From a virus: a stretch of DNA of 64,000 nucleotides. This document shows positions 47,701 to 58,455 of the stretch, piece after piece; the stretch's first letter is position 1, and every line of letters starts with the position of its first letter. Below the pieces are notes generated by a model. That model was given only the letters and a program-made list of their open reading frames with translations, was not told the origin of the DNA and ran no database searches. The position numbers and the translations under genes are program-made. Location: the IMG/VR virus record IMGVR_UViG_3300024346_007254, positions 10,883 through 74,882 of that record, one strand, 5' to 3'.

Positions 47701-50700
47701 ATCAAAAGAACTTTCAAGCTGTTCAATACCGTTAACAATTATAGTGTAATTAGAAGTGTTAACGCTCATTGGCCATTGTAGTTCAAATTTTTCTCTAGCA
47801 GATGTACCTACAAACGTTTCTGTTTTATCTAATTCTGTAAACAAGTAAGATCCGCTTACTCTATCAAACTTGATAGTCATATGCATTCCACGAACTTTAC
47901 CATTGCCTAGAATTGCAACAGCTTTTGCAGGGCGACCAAATTGATCAACAGCGCCAACAATGTTAATAGTTGGAGCAGTATAATAAGTAGATCCAGTATT
48001 TTCTATTTCAATTGAACGAACTGTTCCTCTGCTTACGAATGCCGTTGCTACTGTTCCTTTATTTCCTTCGATCTCAATTGTTGGAGTTTCAAGGTAGCCC
48101 TGACCTGCATCTGCAATATCAATTCTTACAATTTCGTATCCGTTATTGTTAGTCCATTGGTTAAACGGTTCTTCAAAGTATAGGCCGCCAACACCAAATA
48201 ATGCATCGCCATTTTGAGTTGCAATATTTGTTAAAATACTTCTTGTTACAGCATCATAAGACGGCGGTAAATCAAAGTCCGTTGTTAGGGTTTCAGTCGG
48301 TTCTAATTTTTCATAAGAACTAATGTATTCTCGAACTTTTGTTTTGTATGGCTTAACTTCGTTAACATAATCTTCGTAATTTTCTAAGTTGTCATTTTGG
48401 AAGGTAACTTTTTGTGTTAGTTCACCAAGATTGTGCTTGGCTCTTACAAAGCTAGTTTTAAACGCCCAATCAATATCTGCTTGCTCAGAAAATGCATATC
48501 TCATACTTGCAAAGAATAACTTGTTCCATTCAACTGCTAAGTCTCCAATAAACAAATCGTCTCTTAAAGAAGTTAAGATATTTCTTAATTCAACTACCGG
48601 TTCTCTGTCATAAAAAGCACTGTCGTAAATATTAGAATCAAATCCGCTAGTTGTAGAAGCATAATCGTACAATCTAGTCGAAAGCTGGATTGTTCCATCT
48701 TGTCTACCAATTGTTTCAAAGTTAACAGTAAAATCTTGTGTAAATTGATCGTCAACTTTACGTAGAAGTAACCAACCTCCTGATCCAACACTTTCAACTT
48801 TTATAATATCACCAATTTCAGCATCGATACTTGCTAACTCAAAAGTCTGTGCTAGTATTCGGTTGATTGCTGTTTGAGAACTATATCCTTCTGCGTACCA
48901 ATCTGCATAATCCCAGTAACGTGTTGTATCAAACGCTTGGTTGTCTGAGCGTGACCATTCCTGCGATGTTTTATCCCAAGTATAAATTGCCCAACGACCG
49001 CCTATTTCCTCATCACTGTTAACAAGAACACTAAATTTTCTAACTGTTAATTTAGTATTACTAGTGTAATTTTTTCCACCGTTTTTAATGTTAACACTTG
49101 TAACTTGTCCAAGATTATTAATTGTGGTTTGGATTACAGCTGACGCGCCTTTATTGTCACTGATCTTTACAGTAGGTGCAACAGAATATCCTCTACCAGA
49201 GTTAATAATGTTAACTCCGACAATTCGAGTATTTTCAATAACCGGTTCTAATATTGCTTGCTCTACTTTAGCAACGCCAACAAATCTTAACTGAGCAACA
49301 CTATCAATTACGCTATCGTACTTTCCTTCAACAGTTAAAGGTGGTTCGTCTTTTAGTAATAGAGATGTAAAATCTTTTCCATCAACTACTTGAGTGTTTA
49401 CTAGAACGTCATTAACTCTTTCCACAACCTGCTTAACTGCTTCAAGTCTGTTAATAAACATACTCTGGCGAGGGAAGTTTAGAATTCCGTACTTTTGCTT
49501 TACAGGAAGTTCTGGATCCGGAACGTTGTTGTTATTTTGATCATATCCAACTAAGCTGTCAACCCACTTAGATTGAACCTCGACATTAATAATACTAGTG
49601 TCAAGTCCTTCAGTAACTAGCTGATATTCTCTGTGTAGGTTTGTTTGTAAAGTAGGATCCTTAGCAAAGCTAAAGTGCAAAATAGTATTTGTACCTTCTA
49701 CAAAGCTTCTTGAATTATAAATTGCAAACTTATTTGTGTCAAGCGGTGCAACAAATCGGTATCCCGAATTTGCAGGATCTCTAATAATTTCTGCAACGTC
49801 AAATGCGCTCAATCTTCTAGTACGAAGTTGTGGAACAATTCTTTTATTCTTAACCCAATAGAAGTATTTTGTACTAAATGTTCTTGAGATATTGTCGTAA
49901 ACTCTCTTTGAACTGTAAACACTATTGCCGTACAATGTAGTACCGCTAATGTTTTTAGCAAAGCCTTCGTTTGTATCAGCAAGACGGTTCCAATCTGATG
50001 GAAGTAAATCAGTGCTTATCCATTCGTATACATCAACTGACGAACCAGGCGTGATTCTATTCCAATTGTTTGCTCTATACTGAGACTCGCCTTGGTAAGG
50101 ATTGTACCAGCTTACAGTGCTTAGATCCCACCATAGCTGCCCCACTTGCTTGTCTGTCCAGTTTGATTCACTATCAACTACTACACCCTGCACTCCTGCT
50201 GTATTAATCGAGTACACTGCTGGATCATAGAAAGTTTTATAATCAAGTTCTTGCTCAGCAGGACCTGCAATTTTACCTTGTCTTGGATCTACAATATCAA
50301 GTTCAGCAATAATATCATTTAAATCTTTTGAGTACAAGAAGCAACGTGAAATCTTTGAGATATCAATTTTGCCGTCTTCTTGTGTAATAAGTGTCCAGCT
50401 ATTAGCATTTCTTTCTGCTCGCATATCAACAAACATTCCAACCGTTGAATCGTTGTCGACATAATTTCCAACAAGGTCATCATTTGTTAATGCCGGATTT
50501 AATTTAGGCAATCCGATGTAGATATGGTTATCAATTAATTTAAAGTTTGAAAGACTATTAAACTTTGTGTCTCTATTATAATTGATATCTTCAGCAAAGA
50601 TGAATGCATTTCCAATTTGTTGGAAGAGAGCAATTCTTCCAGTATCGGCACGCTTAGTCATAAATCGTGTTGTTCCGCCATCGTATGTTGTGCTAACTTC

Positions 50701-53700
50701 GCTACGAGTAGTATTTTGATCAAACACATAAGACGAAACAAAATTAGTATCCAATGTAAAGTAATTGTCAAACGTTGTAAAGATTCTAGTATCAGTATTC
50801 TTTCCTGAGATAGCAACTTTGTTTCCGTAAAACGATACTCCAGTACCAAATGCTTCATTCTTTTCATCAAACGGACTTCTTAGAGTTTGACCGATTTCGT
50901 ATTGTGTGTTATCATTTTGGTCGTAGATATAAACAACACCCGAATCGATACCTTCGTCATCGTTGCGTGGTGCTGCAACAGCAAGCTTATTACCTTGTTC
51001 GTTAAGTGCAATAACATATCCAAAAGTTTCTAGGCTGTCGTCGGTATCAATTTTCTGTGAGAAACCAAACCTATCAGAAACAAATCTGTAGATAATAATC
51101 TTTTCAATATCGTCTTCAATTGCGGCAACTGCTAATACATCACCAAGGCGGTTTACAGTAAATTTGTCTCCGATGTTTGTAGCGTCTGCATAAACTCCGT
51201 TTTCGCTATCTGAAAGAACAGGTGAATTTGGTCTTGGAATAAATCCAGTATGTTCTGGATAATCTGTAGTTACCAGAGTTTCCCAATCAATGCTGTCAAT
51301 TGCGCCGGGTGCATTAACAATTGCTTTCTTAAATTCGCCAGCAGTATAAACAATTTCGCCAGCATAATAATCAAACGACACATTATAAATGCCTCTGTAA
51401 GAACTATCGGCTGTCCAAGAAAATTCACCACTTAAATTATCAAAGAAATAAATTCTTCCTTTTGATATATTTTCCTCACCAGGTGCGCCAACAAATAAAC
51501 GTGTTCTTCCAAGTGCATCTCTTCTTAGTTCAACCTTGTAACCAAATCTTTCATTGTCAGTTGGATCTGGACTTGTAATAATATGCTTCAGAGTGTAAGT
51601 GCTGTTAACTGCTTTTTCATAAAGGAATACAACTCCCTGACGTGTAAGCCCACTTTCAATTCCTCCAGAATCCGAACTAGCTTCAAGAATATTAACTTGT
51701 TCCCAGTTTGTATCAGTAGGAGAAATAACTGCCGGTGCTGGATTAACACTAACTAGCGCTCTCCAGAATGTGTTTCTATCTTTAACAATGTATCCTGCTT
51801 CGTATCTTTCTCCCGGTACTAAATCACCGTCGTAGAAAGTTTTAGCGTTACTTGCATGTGGAGCACCAACAGCAATAAATTCACCATTACTACTGATTGA
51901 CACATCAAATCCAAATAAGCTGTTGCTGTCAACTGAATCTGTTGCTGTAATTGCCTGAAGGAGAGTTAAAACTGAATTTTCAGCAAATCTTCTGTAAATT
52001 CTAACTACTGGATCTAAATCTCTTTCAGGTGCGCCCATTATAATAATACTGTTATTATCAATTGCATCAAAGCTTGTTGCAAATCCATCACCGTCACCAG
52101 TTGGGTTTGGAATTTCTTCTAATAAGCTATAGATGTTTTCATTCTCGTAAACGCCCCAGCGCGATTCACCTGTATCATCAAGCCAAATTCTATCATTTAG
52201 ATCAACTTTGATATCAGTAATGTTGCTGTTAAGATCGTCAGCATCGTCAAATCTTCTTCTAACAAATCGAGTAACTGCTAGAGTACTGCTATCTGTAAAT
52301 TCTTGTACGTTAACTGGCGAATCTGTTAGTATTACAATCTTGTCAAGTGATGCATAAGTTACTTTAAAGAAACCATTAATGTCCGGTATGCCGCTCTTAA
52401 TTCCAATAACTTCATCTTTTTCAAAGTCACTAAACTTGTCAAGTGTAATCACAAAGCCTACTCGATTTCCAGGATCATAAGGAAGGAATTCGTCATCCGG
52501 TATTGCAGGTTCGATATTGACAATTTCGTATTCAGTGTTAACATAACGCGACACTGTCCAAGATTGTTGTTGATCCTTAATCCAAACAAATTCACCAATT
52601 AGAATATCGTCAATTGACAATTGAAGTAATTGCTCGTCGCTAATAGCAAGGAAAGAAACATCCTTATCACGTACATAGCCACTATCTTTTACATACATTT
52701 CTGAGTTAACGTTTTCAGTAAACAAGTTCTGATGATCGTAATCATCAGGCTTAATGTAAGTTTGGTACGGAGCAAATTCATAAACTAGATCAGTTCTAGT
52801 TGACGAAAGGTTATCAACTAGTTCAATTAATTGCGGCTCAAGTCTGTACTTGCCTTCATTGAGATTAAATTCTACTTCTTGTAGATTATTAACTGAACCA
52901 TATTGTCCTAAACGAATTGCCCATTCTTCAAAAAATTCCAAGCTATCCTTGTTTGCCGAACTTAGGGCATCAAACAATTTAGTTAACGAATTTAAAGTAC
53001 CTTTGTCTTGTATAAATCCTTGGTAGAACTTATACTGACTAACACTATCTGGAATGATATTAGCAAGATATTCTCTCTTCTGATATCCAATAAGGTGTTG
53101 TCCGAGACGCTGTTGTTCACTGTCAAAGTTATCTGTATCAAGGCTATAAAAATCAGTAAACTGATTTACTCTGTAATCCCAGTTTGGCAACAGTTCTGAT
53201 TCTGGACGCTTGGGCAGAATATTCCAATAGTTTGCATCAAAGAAGTCAGTACTTGTATGCTTTTGATTTGATGAATAGTAAAATTCTTTATACTTAACAA
53301 CGTCGCCAATAGCATAATCTGTCCACTCTTTCCAAAGTGTAACTTTTGCTGTGTCGTAAATAAAGCCCGGGGCATTTAGTCCACCAGTCCAATCATCGGT
53401 TCTGTAACCAACAACTTTAATTCTCTCTTGACGATATCCTGTTTTCTTGTCAAAAATAGTATCATTGAAAACTGTATTATTGTCAACTAATATAACATGC
53501 TCTTTTTGTACAAGAGGTAATTTAACAAGGAAAATACCTTCATCGGAATTAACTGGCTTAACCCCAAACTCGTTAGCATTGTCTCTAAAGATATTTGAGA
53601 AATCTCTATTAATACGATTTCCGTCTCCTGTTAACAGATTATAATCATAGAAGCTATCATAGATGTCGTCTACAACAAAGTACTTTCTTTCAAATAGAAC

Positions 53701-56700
53701 TTTGTTAGCAACAGGACTAACTGTTAGTACTGTACCGTCATCCCAATTTTGTGTTACCCAGAACATAAATTCCTGAATACAAAGTCTCATATCTTCAAGT
53801 GCTTCGGTATCGTTGTTGTAAAAATCAAACCTAAAGCCTTGCTCAACAAGATAGTTTTCATATCCTGACATAAAGTCTACTACTTCTTGTACACTTGATA
53901 ATTGTGTTCCGTAAGGAATTCGTGAAATTTCTTTCTCAAAAGATTTTCTAAGGTTAGCAGTAATGCCGCCGACTATCGGTAGTGATGGCAATACTACAAA
54001 TTTTCCAGAGTCAAAGCTAGTTCCGCTAGTATGGGAAATTCTTGTTCTGTAATATCTATTTTGATATTCAACAACTGTTCCACTGTTATACTCTTGTCTT
54101 TCATTCCAAGTTACAAACGACTCCGAAATACCGCCTACAGTAATAGCCGGATCTGATTGTTGAACAATTGGACGGTTAAAACTAAAGACTGGATTTTCTT
54201 TATCGTATCCAGAAATAATATACCCGAGTTCTGTTTTTTCAATAATAATACCACTAAACACAACAATGTCAATTGCGCTACTTACTGTGAAATTAATTTG
54301 ATAATTTTCTTCAGGAACAAATACGCTCGTTTTATTTAAAGGACTTCTGCTATCAAGTACCAGCTTTAGTTTTGTCTTGTCAGCATATCCGCCTAATTTT
54401 ATTGCTAGCTGATTATCAAGATTTGCTAATATTGTTTTATAATCATTGTATCTTGCAATAGTTTTTGTAACCATATAGTTAGCAACATAATTAACCAATC
54501 CCGAGGTTAATACCAGCGGAGTAGTGCCAACTTCAACTGTTGGAATTACTAAGCTATCAAGACTAATAGCTTTTCCAGTATCTTTATAAATTATATTACC
54601 GGTTATATCTCTAATTATTCTGCTTGTATCAAATCCTAAACCTATAATTTTAGTCGGTTGTAAAACTACCCATGCTGTAATTAAGCTAAATGCATATTCG
54701 CTGCTTCGTCTCCATGCTGTTTCAGTAGGAGAATGATCACCAAAAACAAAACTTCCTTTACTATTAGAAACAGAAAAGTTTTGAGCAATGCCTGATTGTA
54801 GAGGACTTAGCAGTCTACCAAATTCATCAACTGGAAGAAATTTTAAAAGATCTGGTCTCTTGTACTGTGGCTTTCTAATAACCGACTTGTTTGGCTCTCT
54901 AATAATACCTTCTTGTATATCATTCCAAAGTATTCGGTTATTGCTAGTATACGGCGCAGGGCCATAAACTTCTTCCCACCATGTTGGCTTAATAGTAAAA
55001 CCAACCATTTCCCAAGGAGATGTGTGCGGGCTGTCAGTATCGTAATACTTCTCGTAAATTGCTCTCCAAAAGCCCGGCAACGAATTACCATAACGGTCAG
55101 TTGTGCTAGAGTAGTTGTAAGTAAACGAGTTTGATTGATCCCAAAAGTCATGTGCTGAATAATCTGGAGATCCGCTAATTTCTAACCACTGAGCAAAGTC
55201 CGAAAGAATAACATTATCAATTTCGTCTTTAGAGAATCCAGTCTCTCTAGAATAACCTCCAACGAATTCGTCAATGTCAATTATTGCTCTATTATTATTA
55301 GTTTTAATATTGTTGTAGATTCTTGTTTCAAGTTCAATTAACAGGTCATCTCTGTAATCGCCAAACGCAATCATTTGACTTCCGTCATGTCCTCTAATAA
55401 CAAGTTGCGATTCAACATAAGTGTTGTCAGTATAAACAGCAGGTTCGTATTTTGGAAATAGCCCTAACTTAGTTGGAGTAGGCGGAATGTACGAACCATT
55501 TGAAGTTTCGTACTCATAAATTTCTACAACATCGCCGTCTTGCAAGTTTATTGTTACATAAACAAAGCCGTCTGCAAACACATAATCTCTTTCGTGTAGA
55601 AGCTGTATTCCGTTTTGATAGACACTAATTGCCTTTTGAGACAAGGTTTCTAAGTCAAAGCCTTGTGAAATTCCAAAGTATGCAGGGCCAGCAAATTCGA
55701 TATTGTTTACTGTTTTTCTAAATGCTCCTATTCCAATCATATCACTAAAATAAAAAGGCATTGAAGAAATTTTATCTTTTACGATACGAGACAATAGTAA
55801 GTCAACATGTTCTTTTATGCTTCCTTGAAATCCAGTTGTTGTCGATTCGTTAATAAATTTTCTCTTAAACTTAGCATATTCTTTTCTAGCAAATTGAAGT
55901 GATTTAACAAGGTTAGCATTTTTATCAGTAATATGATAAAGTGCTAGATTTACAGGACCACTGTGCTGTACAAATCTTTTTCCGTATTTTGTAACAGGAC
56001 CGATATCACGCAGATTGCTTTTTCCAGGGTACGTTCCTCTGAAGTTCGGTGCATCGTCAATAATTGAATCAAGATGGTCGTTAACCTGTCCAAGCGTAAA
56101 ATCTGTAATATTTTCATTAAGAGGATTTCTCTCAAGGTTGATTGGAATTTCATAAAACCCGTTATCGTTTTTATCTGCCGAGCTAAAGCATTTTAGCAAA
56201 ACAACATCGCCTACTGAAACGTCATTAGTGAATTTGACTATTGCAGTGCCAGCGCCGTTGTCGATAATAGTATAATCGGTTCCTTCAGATTTACGTTCGC
56301 TGTTTACAGAAACTTTAACACGCAAGTCTGATAGGTTAAAGCTTTTGTTAAAAACATCAATTGCAAAATTGTTTAATTGACTTTGTGTATCATATTGTCT
56401 AATAACCGGCTGTTCGCTATCTTTAGCTGCTTTCTTCCAAGCATTTACATAAGTAAATTCTTCGCCATTTACATCGTACTTTTTTAGATACCCTACGTCA
56501 GTACCAATTGTTTGAGATTTGTGCAGCGCAACTTGGTATACAAAGTTTCCTTGTAGCAAGTTAAAATCAAAAACGATATCGCCTACGTTTGCAATATTTT
56601 TATAAGAAAGCGGAAATCCTAATTCAATATCGTTTGAGCCTGTGCCAATACGATAGCTAAAGAGTTTGTTTCCTTTAAAGCTAGTAGCAGGATAAATTAA

Positions 56701-58455
56701 TGTGTCGTCAAACTCATTTCCGTCTTTGCTATAAAGAGAAAATAACGGAGCCTGATTTACACTAGTTTTGTCTTGTGATTGATTCCATTGTTCGCCATCA
56801 TAATAGAACATTTTTCCAGCGAACCCAAGTCCACCAAGTGAAAGTACAACTTCACCTAGTGCCGGGTTAGTATCATCTGTTTCTATAAGACTAATTTGAC
56901 GGCGGCCATTATGCAAAATGAAATTAACTTCATAAATTTTTCCATTAACTAGTACATCTCGATCAGCAGTAAACAGAATACGCATACCGTCGATTAGGTC
57001 TACACCGTCAACGTTATAACCCAAGCTGCCCTCAATAGTACTGAATACGTCTGCGGTAAATGTGTCTACAATATCAACGTTTTGTTTAGCCTTTGCGCCA
57101 TGTTGATACAGTGTTAATCCTGCTTCAAATTCAATAATAGGGCGTTTTGCTCTTGCTTCTTCGTCGATGTTGATTGGAAGATTATTGCAGGCCAGGCACT
57201 CTTCAAGTATGTCTCTATGGAACCATCTGTTGTATCTTGTCCAGGGATTTCGGTCAGGACTTGCACGGTTAATTACAATGTAATCCTTTGTACCTGGATA
57301 GCTAGTTGCAGTTTCAAAGGGAAACTCGTCGAATCCAATTTCAGCATCGTCAAACGGAATCTCAAAATTGCTTGTGAATATCGATGGTACTTCGAGGTCT
57401 TTCTCAGAAACTAATTGTATTCTTGACCCTACTCCTTCGACATACCAGAAACCAGTTGCGTACTTTTCTGGAGTTACTGTTCCTTGGAAGAACAACTTCA
57501 TTCCGTTGCTTAATTCAACTCCGTTACTAGTTTTATATGTCTTTTTTCCAACAATCTCATTATCGATATCAATTTCGGTATTAGCTTCAATATCAAATAT
57601 TGCAAACACGCCACTTGTGTTAATATTGTTTTCACTAATATAATATAACTTATCTGGAGAATTTATCGGAACAGTAAACTCAACTGTACCTGATTCAACA
57701 TAGTCAGTATCAGACGTTACACCGTCCTTATAAAGAACACTAACATTTTCAAAGTCAGTGCCGTCAGTTAGGTCGTTGTCAACAAAGTTTCTTAGTACTG
57801 CAATAGCCCAAGGATGCCCAGGAGTGTCAATTTCAAAACGATACGTCTGTCCTCTATAAAGCTTTAGTAGAGGATTTCTAGTAAATCCATTTGGAGTAAA
57901 TACGTAGGCAAAATTATCACCCTCGTCGGATAGCGTAACTGTGTAGGTACTAACAACTTCTTGTGCTTGTCCAGTAACCGAAATCGGTGATGGGCCAGTT
58001 GGTAACCAATAGTATTCACGGAAGTTTACAAACTTGTCCCAATCAATGTGTGGATCCCAAGCATAAAATTCTTGACTGTTTACTGAGCTGTGATTGTTGA
58101 CAGAACCTTTAAAATTCTTTAATTGAGAAATATAATCATTATAGTTCTTTAAAAATTCAACATTATCTAGTTCATCTTTATAAACAGTAACTGGCTCAAA
58201 TTGATAATTTTCTCTATCTGAAGTAAAGTCCGGTAGGAAATTGTCAATGGCTGTTGTAGCCTTTGCATATCTACGTCCTGCAAATGCGTCAATTTTTTCA
58301 ACTACCCCTGGATTGATCATTTGATCAATTGTGCTGTTTATAAACTTTTTGTTTGTCTCTGTTCTAAAAAACTTTGGTAAGAAATTACTTGCACTTCTGT
58401 CTGAATTGTTTCCGTCGGGTAAAGAGAAATCTTCTTGATCTTTATCATAAGCCAT
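44743..58455 (-). CDS. giant (4570 aa) baseplate wedge / virion structural protein
   Basis: Uninterrupted 13.7-kb ORF directly after the gp6-like gene. Motifs include LYRGQTYRF...GHP...FTVP...DKLYY, FG-GAP-like repeats (FGFDVSISSNGEFIAVGAP, FGYKVEL...LFVGAP), GxGY..PTV motifs and ERIEY...LRRGTLGT. Confidence 0.75.
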   Translation of the reverse strand: MAYDKDQEDFSLPDGNNSDRSASNFLPKFFRTETNKKFINSTIDQMINPGVVEKIDAFAGRRYAKATTAIDNFLPDFTSDRENYQFEPVTVYKDELDNVEFLKNYNDYISQLKNFKGSVNNHSSVNSQEFYAWDPHIDWDKFVNFREYYWLPTGPSPISVTGQAQEVVSTYTVTLSDEGDNFAYVFTPNGFTRNPLLKLYRGQTYRFEIDTPGHPWAIAVLRNFVDNDLTDGTDFENVSVLYKDGVTSDTDYVESGTVEFTVPINSPDKLYYISENNINTSGVFAIFDIEANTEIDIDNEIVGKKTYKTSNGVELSNGMKLFFQGTVTPEKYATGFWYVEGVGSRIQLVSEKDLEVPSIFTSNFEIPFDDAEIGFDEFPFETATSYPGTKDYIVINRASPDRNPWTRYNRWFHRDILEECLACNNLPINIDEEARAKRPIIEFEAGLTLYQHGAKAKQNVDIVDTFTADVFSTIEGSLGYNVDGVDLIDGMRILFTADRDVLVNGKIYEVNFILHNGRRQISLIETDDTNPALGEVVLSLGGLGFAGKMFYYDGEQWNQSQDKTSVNQAPLFSLYSKDGNEFDDTLIYPATSFKGNKLFSYRIGTGSNDIELGFPLSYKNIANVGDIVFDFNLLQGNFVYQVALHKSQTIGTDVGYLKKYDVNGEEFTYVNAWKKAAKDSEQPVIRQYDTQSQLNNFAIDVFNKSFNLSDLRVKVSVNSERKSEGTDYTIIDNGAGTAIVKFTNDVSVGDVVLLKCFSSADKNDNGFYEIPINLERNPLNENITDFTLGQVNDHLDSIIDDAPNFRGTYPGKSNLRDIGPVTKYGKRFVQHSGPVNLALYHITDKNANLVKSLQFARKEYAKFKRKFINESTTTGFQGSIKEHVDLLLSRIVKDKISSMPFYFSDMIGIGAFRKTVNNIEFAGPAYFGISQGFDLETLSQKAISVYQNGIQLLHERDYVFADGFVYVTINLQDGDVVEIYEYETSNGSYIPPTPTKLGLFPKYEPAVYTDNTYVESQLVIRGHDGSQMIAFGDYRDDLLIELETRIYNNIKTNNNRAIIDIDEFVGGYSRETGFSKDEIDNVILSDFAQWLEISGSPDYSAHDFWDQSNSFTYNYSSTTDRYGNSLPGFWRAIYEKYYDTDSPHTSPWEMVGFTIKPTWWEEVYGPAPYTSNNRILWNDIQEGIIREPNKSVIRKPQYKRPDLLKFLPVDEFGRLLSPLQSGIAQNFSVSNSKGSFVFGDHSPTETAWRRSSEYAFSLITAWVVLQPTKIIGLGFDTSRIIRDITGNIIYKDTGKAISLDSLVIPTVEVGTTPLVLTSGLVNYVANYMVTKTIARYNDYKTILANLDNQLAIKLGGYADKTKLKLVLDSRSPLNKTSVFVPEENYQINFTVSSAIDIVVFSGIIIEKTELGYIISGYDKENPVFSFNRPIVQQSDPAITVGGISESFVTWNERQEYNSGTVVEYQNRYYRTRISHTSGTSFDSGKFVVLPSLPIVGGITANLRKSFEKEISRIPYGTQLSSVQEVVDFMSGYENYLVEQGFRFDFYNNDTEALEDMRLCIQEFMFWVTQNWDDGTVLTVSPVANKVLFERKYFVVDDIYDSFYDYNLLTGDGNRINRDFSNIFRDNANEFGVKPVNSDEGIFLVKLPLVQKEHVILVDNNTVFNDTIFDKKTGYRQERIKVVGYRTDDWTGGLNAPGFIYDTAKVTLWKEWTDYAIGDVVKYKEFYYSSNQKHTSTDFFDANYWNILPKRPESELLPNWDYRVNQFTDFYSLDTDNFDSEQQRLGQHLIGYQKREYLANIIPDSVSQYKFYQGFIQDKGTLNSLTKLFDALSSANKDSLEFFEEWAIRLGQYGSVNNLQEVEFNLNEGKYRLEPQLIELVDNLSSTRTDLVYEFAPYQTYIKPDDYDHQNLFTENVNSEMYVKDSGYVRDKDVSFLAISDEQLLQLSIDDILIGEFVWIKDQQQSWTVSRYVNTEYEIVNIEPAIPDDEFLPYDPGNRVGFVITLDKFSDFEKDEVIGIKSGIPDINGFFKVTYASLDKIVILTDSPVNVQEFTDSSTLAVTRFVRRRFDDADDLNSNITDIKVDLNDRIWLDDTGESRWGVYENENIYSLLEEIPNPTGDGDGFATSFDAIDNNSIIIMGAPERDLDPVVRIYRRFAENSVLTLLQAITATDSVDSNSLFGFDVSISSNGEFIAVGAPHASNAKTFYDGDLVPGERYEAGYIVKDRNTFWRALVSVNPAPAVISPTDTNWEQVNILEASSDSGGIESGLTRQGVVFLYEKAVNSTYTLKHIITSPDPTDNERFGYKVELRRDALGRTRLFVGAPGEENISKGRIYFFDNLSGEFSWTADSSYRGIYNVSFDYYAGEIVYTAGEFKKAIVNAPGAIDSIDWETLVTTDYPEHTGFIPRPNSPVLSDSENGVYADATNIGDKFTVNRLGDVLAVAAIEDDIEKIIIYRFVSDRFGFSQKIDTDDSLETFGYVIALNEQGNKLAVAAPRNDDEGIDSGVVYIYDQNDNTQYEIGQTLRSPFDEKNEAFGTGVSFYGNKVAISGKNTDTRIFTTFDNYFTLDTNFVSSYVFDQNTTRSEVSTTYDGGTTRFMTKRADTGRIALFQQIGNAFIFAEDINYNRDTKFNSLSNFKLIDNHIYIGLPKLNPALTNDDLVGNYVDNDSTVGMFVDMRAERNANSWTLITQEDGKIDISKISRCFLYSKDLNDIIAELDIVDPRQGKIAGPAEQELDYKTFYDPAVYSINTAGVQGVVVDSESNWTDKQVGQLWWDLSTVSWYNPYQGESQYRANNWNRITPGSSVDVYEWISTDLLPSDWNRLADTNEGFAKNISGTTLYGNSVYSSKRVYDNISRTFSTKYFYWVKNKRIVPQLRTRRLSAFDVAEIIRDPANSGYRFVAPLDTNKFAIYNSRSFVEGTNTILHFSFAKDPTLQTNLHREYQLVTEGLDTSIINVEVQSKWVDSLVGYDQNNNNVPDPELPVKQKYGILNFPRQSMFINRLEAVKQVVERVNDVLVNTQVVDGKDFTSLLLKDEPPLTVEGKYDSVIDSVAQLRFVGVAKVEQAILEPVIENTRIVGVNIINSGRGYSVAPTVKISDNKGASAVIQTTINNLGQVTSVNIKNGGKNYTSNTKLTVRKFSVLVNSDEEIGGRWAIYTWDKTSQEWSRSDNQAFDTTRYWDYADWYAEGYSSQTAINRILAQTFELASIDAEIGDIIKVESVGSGGWLLLRKVDDQFTQDFTVNFETIGRQDGTIQLSTRLYDYASTTSGFDSNIYDSAFYDREPVVELRNILTSLRDDLFIGDLAVEWNKLFFASMRYAFSEQADIDWAFKTSFVRAKHNLGELTQKVTFQNDNLENYEDYVNEVKPYKTKVREYISSYEKLEPTETLTTDFDLPPSYDAVTRSILTNIATQNGDALFGVGGLYFEEPFNQWTNNNGYEIVRIDIADAGQGYLETPTIEIEGNKGTVATAFVSRGTVRSIEIENTGSTYYTAPTINIVGAVDQFGRPAKAVAILGNGKVRGMHMTIKFDRVSGSYLFTELDKTETFVGTSAREKFELQWPMSVNTSNYTIIVNGIEQLESSFDVGNDLDTSKGYDRFTGFIDFAEAPGEDAVIEIQYKKEVSLLQAADRINFFYNPTTGMLGKDLSQLMDGVEYSGVQIDSFDFGNEQGWDVAGWASLPWDTFDDAQDEVFVLDGSTVIFELSQPLEDGAEYNFYRNGIRLDDPVYDGSTPTQNPNAIMQTIVGDGVTTTITISEEITTEIGDLIVIRKSTSDGASSAINFDTQLEGGNLAYSTATGIDAGEINIDGDGFVTPTTSKGPEELVPGEIVDTLDIRVYHRPSEGIGVIATANYRLDGVTTEFPLPGMPQSNEGIIVKINNVILGNDSYSIDFENELLLYNDNNTNTGASLAITTIGTNGADLIDTNTFVSDGSTITFVTSATWTDELSALVLVNGEVAREGYTLLQSDATDGFVDRLKIVFAQGLLAEGDFVQYSVYGTNVKTYSEVIIDRTFIPDGITKTYQFDGEIIPVPFSKEPISHNILVKVDNTILNPGYSVSYTTTASRVYDIEEWQFTGEDLESVDVLVFADYVQLSSTLYSFDPLNVRVELLTPDVAPAGTRLDIYVIKNAEYYFVDTQIEFDSDTISNYAEVGGELTLESLATSTIYTGTIVSVNSNIVVIQSIREDIRDAFINGDQFVASVDDADSTVLTVDDVIYTSGETLTFAEAPAADSTVEIYQFSNHDVNNFERFTYKVVNEVPLDISPSESTTRNLISSGYIPLRGTITNANYAWVALNGTLLTPNVDYSLAISLDAVQLTNDPEIGDVIDVIQFGAQPVTKKFGYRIFKDMLNRTHYKRLNQDNSYKLASPLNYYDVRIVLEDTSGIFQPDKTRNIPGVLFIEGERIEYFEVQGNTVRQLRRGTLGTGVRDTYNEGIIAYGQGPEENINYNDTTLTQIIMSDGSIDYELNFTPSSINEIDVFVGGRRLRKVAVERFNPSIAQDSPAGDETLAPEYILDGNMIILDSSLQPAPETQVRVLRKIGKVWNESGKSLARSKNAIGNFLREATIELPK

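Noticed and set aside
44743-58455. Intein as the cause of the giant ORF size
   Set aside because: No splice-junction or LAGLIDADG motifs were noticed; the length is explained by repeated structural domains.
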